64,000 bases of DNA. Origin: Schmidtea polychroa (Eukaryota). The notes under the pieces were generated by a model. The model saw only the letters and a program-made list of their open reading frames with translations. It was not told where the DNA came from and did not search any database. Of this stretch, positions 36,750 to 64,000 are shown one piece after another (the first letter of the stretch is position 1; each line of letters starts with the position of its first letter). The stretch covers positions 51,958,001 through 52,022,000 of the forward strand of contig CM097885.1 of the NCBI GenBank assembly GCA_044892525.1. The letters are read 5' to 3'. Position numbers and translations under genes: made by a program.

Positions 36750-39300
36750 TCTCAGGAACGTAAAATCTTACAAGGAACCTGAAGTTGTGAGCACGGACCT
36801 AACCGAAAAACAAAAACAAGAATTTACAAAAATTGTTGAGGAGATATCGAGATATTTATGCGAAACATAAATATGATTTGGGGCTAACAAATATAATAGA
36901 ACATGAAATCCCGTAACTGGATGAAACTCCAGTTAAATTAAAACCGTACAGAATCCCATACATCCATCAAACCGAAAGTGATCGACAAATCAAGGCGATG
37001 GGAGAATTTGGAATAATTGGAGACAGCTCCTCACCATTTTCGTCGTTTATTGTAAAAGTCAAGAAAAGGACAGAGATTTAAGATTTTGTGTTGATTATAG
37101 AAAACTGAATCAAGTAACACGAAAGGATACTTTTCCAATTCCTGTACCAATATTTTACAGTCATCGATTTAAATAAGAGTTAAGGAAGAAAATAGAATGA
37201 AAACAGCATATTCAGATGGTAAAGGTTTAGAAAAATTCAATGTCTTGCCGTTTGGCTTGACAAGAACCCCAACTACATTTCAAAGAGGTATGAATTTTGT
37301 GTTGAGAGGTATAGGACATGCGTTAGTTTATATTGATGATACAGTTTTTTTTTGAATAGCTTTAACAAGCATCTCGATGATGTGGAAACAGTGTTTAAAA
37401 GACTTAAAAGTGCAAAAAATTGAAAATAAACCATCGAAATGTGAATGGGAAAATTCCAAGTAATATATGTTGGTCATATTATATCAAGAAGAGGTCTGCA
37501 AACAAATCCGGACAATACTAAAAAGGTGGGAGCGTATCCAATTCAAAAGAACGCGGGCGAGGTGAGGCAATTTCTAGGATTAGGAAGCTATTATAGAAAG
37601 TTTTTAAAGGATTTCTCGCATATCGCTCAGCCATTAAATTCATTGCTAAAGAAAAATAACATGTAAACATGGAGCACAGCTCAACAAGAAGCTTTTGACG
37701 CATTAAAGCAGAAATTAGTAATGGCATCCATTTTGCAATACCCAGATTTTACGAAATCTTTACTATTAATGACTGGTGCAGTGTTAGGTAAGCAAGTGGA
37801 CGGTGAAAAGGATCACGTAATAGCGTATGCAAGCAGATCTCTAAGGCCACATGAGAAAAATTATTCGACAATCAAAAAAGATATATTAGCGCTAGTTTAC
37901 GGTATTGCTACGTTTAGACAATACTTGCTGGGACGAAAGTTTGTTGTGTATACCGATCACAACCCTCTTCAGTGGCTGATAAAGCATAAAGATTCAACTA
38001 GTAAATTAATCAGATGGTCAATTGCTCTCCAAGAGTATGATTTTGAAATTAAATATAGAGCAAGAAAAGCAAATGCAAATGCCAATGCAATTCCCAATGG
38101 ACTTATTGGAAGGGATGCTGGCACAGAAACGATGGAAGGCACGATATTTGCAGCAATCAAACCCGTTAATAATATGACAGAATTACAAAGCGATCAGAGA
38201 AAGGATAATCGACATAAACAATTCTTTGAACAATCAATCACAGTCAGAAAAGAGAAAGACTTAAAGCAGATAATGAGTGAAAATAATTCATGAAGGAATA
38301 TTATAATACCTGAAAAATGATGAGATATTGATTATGATCTCTGAAAAACAGGGAGACTCACAATTGATGCAATATCCCGATGGAGCCCTAGTAGGACATT
38401 TTTCCGCTAGAAAAACCTTATCAACACTGAAAATGAAATACTATTGGCCATTGATGGAAAAAGATGTAAAGATTGGTGCAAAAGTTGCAAGATATGTATT
38501 ACTCAAAGAAATAAAGCAATAAAATCGAAGTATCTCTAAAACCTATGTCTGTTTCAACCGCACCAATGGAAATGACTGCAATGGAAATTGTTGAACCATT
38601 AAATAAAACAATTAAAGGAAATAAATGCATTGTAGTATTTTGTGATTATTTAACAAAATGGTCGGAAGCTTACGGTATAAAAAGGTCGATACAATAGCAA
38701 AAATATTTGTAGAGAACATTATCTTCCGATATGGTACCCCAAAAAAGTTATTAACCGATCAAGGTAAAAATTTCCAAAGCGAATTGTTTAAATCAATCAT
38801 CGAGTTATTCGGAATCTGGAAGTTGAATAGTTTCCTACTATCCACAAACCGATGGCTTGGTCGAAAGATTTAATGGCGTATTGATAAATATGATTTCGTC
38901 TTATGTAAATAGTAAACAAAGAGATTGGGACGACTACATAAAGCCTTGTTTGTTTGCTTATATAAATGCTGTCAAACTAAGTACGGGCGAGACAAGAGAG
39001 GGTGCAGTCTATATGGACAAAAACCGGATTAACAATAAAACACAATCAAGAAAATTATAAAGAAGCGTACGATAAGAAGACACGGCCTCATGGAATTAAA
39101 ATTGGAGTCTGTATATCTTAACATACCGGAACCACTCAAAGGTATGTCGCCAAAGTTACAGAGACCATTTAAAGTGTGTGATACAACCGAAACAAATTGG
39201 AAATTATTACAGTTTAGAAGTAAAAAGGCAAATAGTATAATAGTTCATGCCATACGTTGTAAATTGGTTCCGGAAAATGACTAAGAAAGATATCCATTAC
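36750..39300 (+). pseudogene. pol: Decayed pol of a second Ty3/gypsy element
   Basis: Fragments KPYRIP, RFCVDYRKLN, LVYIDD, FLGLGSYYRKF, IAYASRSL, YTDHNPL, GHFSARKT, LLTDQGKNF and VERFN, with many frameshifts. LTRs not resolved. Confidence 0.9.
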
Positions 39301-39323
39301 GATCGAAACGGAATAAAGAGAAG

Positions 39324-40136
39324 GTGGACACGAAAATTCAACAAAATTTTACTAAATACCCAGTGCCAATCACTTACCTCAACAGACTGTTATTCACAAC
39401 AGTTGTTCAACTAACGATGACAAGTGTAAAAGATGGGAGAATTGATTTACCATATGCGGTAACAAACCTACCTTTATGGGAAAAGATCGATATTTATTTT
39501 ACGATTTCAAATATTGTTTGGGTTTATCATTGCGAAATAACGGAACAAGTAGAAGTTAGTAACATGTTAGATCCGTTCACACCTTTCATTATTTTGAATT
39601 ATGACAGAAATACGTATGCGGCACGAGAATTAAAAGCTAACTTCAAATATCCGTGGATTATAAAGCAGAATGAATCAGATTCACTTGAAAAGTTTAACAG
39701 TCAAATTCAAATTATAATACGAACTAAGAAATTATGGAAAACCATTGAAATTGAGCCGATAATGAATGGTATAAATATGTATTGGATAGCTGTAGAACGA
39801 GTAAAGGTGCAGGTCATATTTCAAAATTTTGTGGATATTCTAAACATGCGAAAGGCATACAGTCGATACTACAATCTCAAAATGAACTCAAATTACACAA
39901 TAACGGTTAATTACTACGAAAATGTGTTGTATGATAATAGTACAATAATGGAAAATAAATGGACATTTTGTCAAACAAGGAATCAAATAATCCCCCTGAA
40001 GAATGTATCGAATCGTGTAATTCTTGGTGTTCAAAATGGGTCAGTAACAGATGATGAAAGAGTGGTTATCAGTAATAGACAAAAAATTATCATTTTGTTG
40101 GATGCCGGTAAAAGCTATTTTTTTAATTACTTTTAA
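39324..40136 (+). CDS. Extra ORF downstream of the integrase, unknown function
   Basis: 270 uninterrupted codons (first ATG at 39417) right after the integrase tail. A possible 34-bp intron at 40108-40141 would extend it to a stop at 40213-40215. Confidence 0.55.
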   Translation: MDTKIQQNFTKYPVPITYLNRLLFTTVVQLTMTSVKDGRIDLPYAVTNLPLWEKIDIYFTISNIVWVYHCEITEQVEVSNMLDPFTPFIILNYDRNTYAARELKANFKYPWIIKQNESDSLEKFNSQIQIIIRTKKLWKTIEIEPIMNGINMYWIAVERVKVQVIFQNFVDILNMRKAYSRYYNLKMNSNYTITVNYYENVLYDNSTIMENKWTFCQTRNQIIPLKNVSNRVILGVQNGSVTDDERVVISNRQKIIILLDAGKSYFFNYF

Positions 40137-42849
40137 TTTAGGATATGATTACCTGTGTTGGGCTAGAACCGAGAATCGAGAGCTTGTTTTAATGAATCAA
40201 AAATACATAACATAAAAATCGCACCAAGTTAAATTAAAACAAAAATCAATACAAATTAAAGTACATAACACATTGATGATAAATAAGACCCGGGTGATAA
40301 AATAAAGGAACGAAAATAAAGGTCGCAATCACTAACACAATTAGGAGAAACATCACATTCGGAATAGCTAACAACTAAGAAATAAAATAATAATAAATAA
40401 AATAATGGGTAATAAATTAATTAATAATATGAAAAATTTCTAAATAAATAAATTTAAAATTTAAAATAAATCATCTAGTAAACTGGTAAAATAATAAAAA
40501 GTAGAATAAAAGTAGTAAAATTAGATAAACCATAAAATTTATAAAACTAAATTGTTTAATGAAAACTAAAAATAAAACCAACAAAATTATTTAAATTATA
40601 AAACTTATAAAACCAAATTGTTTAAATTAATGAAACTAAAGTAACTTATAACTTATTTAAATTAATCTATAATCTATAAATTAATCTATAACTTATTTAA
40701 ATTATAAAACTTGTAAAACTAAATTAAAATTAGCAAAAACTATTTAAATTATAGAATTTATAAAAATAAATCTTAAAAATTAATAAATATTAGAATTTTG
40801 ATTAATTAAATTAATTAAATTAAAAAATAAGCAATTACACACATTCATGCATGCAAAAATTAATCAGGATTGCCTCGCATTCTAATTGGATATAACAGCA
40901 GAGAATGCGGAGGCGTATAATTCAATCAGAATAAATACTGGGTGAAATTTCATTTAAAAAACTCTCACGCTCAACTGGTTACACAACAATTCATTTACTG
41001 GCAATGAACATATGCTCTCAATTTTCGATTCCATGCCATCGCGGTGAGGTAAATTTGATTTTTGTTTTGTGTAATGTAATTTTGTTAGGTCTAATGTTAT
41101 TTTAAATTGAAGTTAATTTTAGTTAATGTCATTTAGTTAATTTATTTTGTTATTTAGTGCTATTTTAAATTGAAGTTAATTTTCGTTAATGTTATTTAGT
41201 TAATTTATTTAGATAATGTTATTTTAAATTGAAGTTAATTGTTAATATTGGTATGGTATTATTCATTTCGTTGTTGTTAGTCTAATGTTATACAATTTTA
41301 GGAATTAATAAAAATTTTAACGGAATTTGTTTTTAATTACTTCTTATGTTTGGCGTATGTTATTTTGTCCTTTTTGAATAATATAATAATTTAGGTTTGG
41401 TTTTTCTTGATATTTATGTGTCGATGGTCTGGATTGGGGCAAGGTTTGTGGATGGGCGGCACTATGTGCTGTTGGTCGGCAGATGTTTCACCAGTTGAGT
41501 CCATCAGGGTAGGGAATATAGATAGGGAGATGAACGGTTCGAGGGGGTAAAATCAATTTGCGATAGTTTAGGGCCTTATTTAGAGTTAGGTAGTATAGGA
41601 CGGCTCAGTCACTTTTATTTTCATAGATATTTCCGAGTTAGGAGAAATAATAGGATAGTTATGTCCAGTTGTCGGTAGATAAAGTAGGTTTAGGTAATCT
41701 TACAGAAACCGCGAATGGTTAAGATACCCGATAATTCAGGATTAGAAATACAGTTAGATCCCTGCTCAAATTTTCATGAGAAGTGTGGAAATATGTTTAT
41801 TAACTTGTGAATGAGGGCCAATCCCTGCTCAAATTTTTTGAAGGATAATTTGGATATTATAGAGAGTATATAACAATAATTATTAGATGGACAATAAGAA
41901 CGGATCCCTGCGCAAAAATTTTACAAGGGAACAGTTGGAAATACCCTTAATTGAGGACCACAAATGATCTAAAAACAGCATACATAGTGAATAATGACGT
42001 AAGACCTTCTATCGGCAGTCTAGAACCCGAAAAGAAAATACAATGGGGAGTAGTTTTAGTAATAGAGCTCACCTGGTCATTGTTTTTTCACCTTTGTGTA
42101 CAGTACCAACATGGTCGTCGCTATGGGTCCACAAATGGTTTAATGTGCAATAGTCATGGAGGTGCTTAGAAAAGAGTCGAGTGAATATCTAAATTACCCC
42201 TGACGTATTTAAAATATAAAATGACACATCCCTAAATAACCAACACCTGATAAAAATTGAAAACCGACAACGGATATTCGAGCCATATCGATGGCAAACA
42301 ACTTTAATGGAAACAAGAATGGTGTCAAAGCTGAAATTGATGGAGTGTAGTACCAAGTAGTTAAAATGTTTTTAAATCAGGAACAACTGTAGCCATAGTA
42401 GCATCGTGAATGGATGACCAAGAATACTTGCACAACATGCAAATAATTTATTCAAACAAAACAGTATTGCAGAAGTTTTTATTTTTAAAATTAATGAATA
42501 TTTAAGAATAATAACAAATTTAAAAAGGATTTTTGTAATGACATTTATATGACAATATTTAGATAATCGATATCTTAATAATTGTTAATAACAAACTAAT
42601 TCTTCTAATACTTTAAATATAAGCCATAATTTTTATCCAAGAATTTATATTAAAATATTGGTAAACTACAATTTATCATTAAATTTAATTTTCCTTAATG
42701 TTAAGAATTTTAATTGTTTGTTCAATCCAATACTACAGATAATATTTCAAATATTTTATTTTTTTCCAAATTTTAATGTTTTCAATTTCTAAACTTAATT
42801 TAGAATTCAAGAGAAATAGTACAATAAATTTAATAGATTACTGTTTCAG

Positions 42850-62018
<19,169 letters not shown>

Positions 62019-63413
62019 GTAAGAATTTAAACTTTGAATTTGCATACTTTTTTTACTGTTTTATCATAGGAAAAAGGCTGTGTTTTAGAACTTTTTAGTT
62101 TCATAATTGAAAATAATTATAATACTAATTGGTTTAATTGTTTCACAGAAACAAATACTTGTAAAAAGTATTTGGGAATTGATAGAGGTACATTTTTTCT
62201 GCTTAGAATAATAATACTTGATTATTAATTTTTTCCATATATAATGTATACATTTTTTGAAAACTTCCATTATAACTTTCACCATAAGCTCTGAATTTTT
62301 ATAATTTAAAAAACTAAAAGTAAATTTCAATTTTAAAATGTGAAAATTTCGAGCAGAATATTTATAAAAATGATGAAAAGAAAATCAACAAAGAAAACAC
62401 TTGAAGATTTATTTTTAAATTTAAGAATAATTTTAAAAATGATAATAGGAAAAATATCGCATTATTGAATTAGTATATTTTTAAAGTTATTTGATTTAAT
62501 AATACTGAATTAAAAACTTTTTTGGATTGTTTTGAAATAAAACTTTATTATTGATTTAATTTTAATGGATACCGAAAATCTAAAATTCAATTCTATCAAA
62601 ATTCAATTTATATTTCTATTCAAACGATATAAATATGGAAAAGATTTTAAATGAGGATATTGTTAACATAATTTAAATTATAAACGAAAGTTTTGTGGTT
62701 GATTAAAAAGCCAAATACAGCTTAACTATATATTAATTCCCAAATTTTTATATATTCAAAATTTCTTTAATTATAATGTAAAATAAGGCAACAAATACAA
62801 AGGGGAAAGGTTAAATGTTTCAACTGTTCACGTGTCTTTTGGTACTCATTTTTAGTGCTACTTTTTTCATTATCAACAGTTTCTTTGTTATACGAAACTG
62901 GTTTAAGAAAATTTAGAAAAAACAAAATATTAAATGTATTTGAAGTATTTTTGGGAATTCAATTAGACTAAGGTTGTATACTAAAAATTTTATGGTATTT
63001 CTGAAGAATTTACTACATTACTTCCTCCAAATGTTTAATTGTATTGATATTTTGTTTTATTCATAAAACACAACCTTTGGAGAATTTTGTAATTCGCCAA
63101 CTGAGACACGTAAACTGAATACATGAAAAATATGATAGAGCTTTGTGGGTGGTCTTTGTTGAGCGGCCCTGTGCCAATGATGACAAAGATGACAAATACG
63201 AAAAACGGTTATTCTAATCATTAGAATTTAGTATATAGCATTTTCGCGTTAAATTAGACACTTTCCATTTTAAATTAGACACTTTCGAATTTGAATTGGA
63301 CACTTTAAAAGTTGAATTGGACATTTTAAAAGTTAAATTGGACACTAGTTATAAAACTGTAAAAGACGTGAATTTATATTTCAAATAAGACGACTTTAAT
63401 CAAACATGATCTT

Positions 63414-64000
63414 TCAAATTTTAAATCGCTCTCCTGCCACTGCTTTTGAAATGTTATTCATCATATGCATAACATATCCACAACAATCACTCTGGTTAAT
63501 ATTGTTCAAGCCATTACAGATAATATCCCATAGATTTACATTATCCACATTCGATGATAAAATATTCTTGACGAAACTCTTCAACTTACTCCATGCATTT
63601 TCGATGGGATTCAGCATGTATGAATAGGGTGAGAGAAATTTCAATACAAATCCGGTATCGGTAAAGATGTTTCGTATATAATCAGTTTTATGAATTTGAG
63701 CATTATCTAAAACTATCCATGCACCATTGTAAATCTCATCGCGTTGAATAATCCCAATTAGCTCCATTAAAAAATCACCGAATATTGAACTTGTACAAGT
63801 ACTGTCGTCAACAATGCGGCTATGAATAATTTTGTTTGAATTCATTGCTGCAATAACAGTTACATTTCGACCTCTCACTGTTGGCATCACGATATTTGCC
63901 CTTGTTCCAATTTTTGAGCGGGCGGTAGTTCGACGAATATGTAGATTAAAACCACATTCGTCTATAAAAATGCATTTCTCTTTCAGCGCGGGAGCATTTC
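63414..64000 (-). CDS. IS630/Tc1-superfamily DD34E transposase, C-terminal part (runs off the window)
   Basis: CIFIDECGFN...IVLDNAQIHK...FLSPYSYMLNPIE, with 34 residues between D and E. The frame is open to the window edge. ~20-bp subterminal repeats AAATTRGACACTTT at 63250-63345. Confidence 0.88.
   Translation of the reverse strand, partial: NAPALKEKCIFIDECGFNLHIRRTTARSKIGTRANIVMPTVRGRNVTVIAAMNSNKIIHSRIVDDSTCTSSIFGDFLMELIGIIQRDEIYNGAWIVLDNAQIHKTDYIRNIFTDTGFVLKFLSPYSYMLNPIENAWSKLKSFVKNILSSNVDNVNLWDIICNGLNNINQSDCCGYVMHMMNNISKAVAGERFKI

Overview
Very AT-rich eukaryotic DNA, packed with transposons and carrying short GT-AG introns; it looks planarian-like, but that is an inference. The main feature is a 15,264-bp, essentially non-coding palindromic element at 14625-29888. 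It has two ~7.3-kb near-identical inverted arms around a ~650-bp spacer, 5'-AGTAG...CTACT-3' termini and a perfect 6-bp target-site duplication (CTTTTG). These are Maverick/Polinton integration hallmarks, but the element has no Polinton genes, so it is a candidate snap-back or satellite derivative. Each arm is a mosaic of tandem arrays and contains a nested 3.27-kb TIR-bounded module. The window also holds a full-length mariner, a complete Ty3/gypsy element (266-bp LTRs, ACATC TSD, tRNA-Arg-like PBS), and a second decayed gypsy followed by an intact extra ORF. Smaller items include Penelope remnants with minimal hammerhead-ribozyme motifs and several hAT, Tc1, pogo, MULE and LINE relics. Host sequence comprises a probable terminal exon (possibly 4E-T-like) and ten in-phase exons of an uncharacterised gene at 42850-62018. 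All comparisons were made by eye, without alignment tools.
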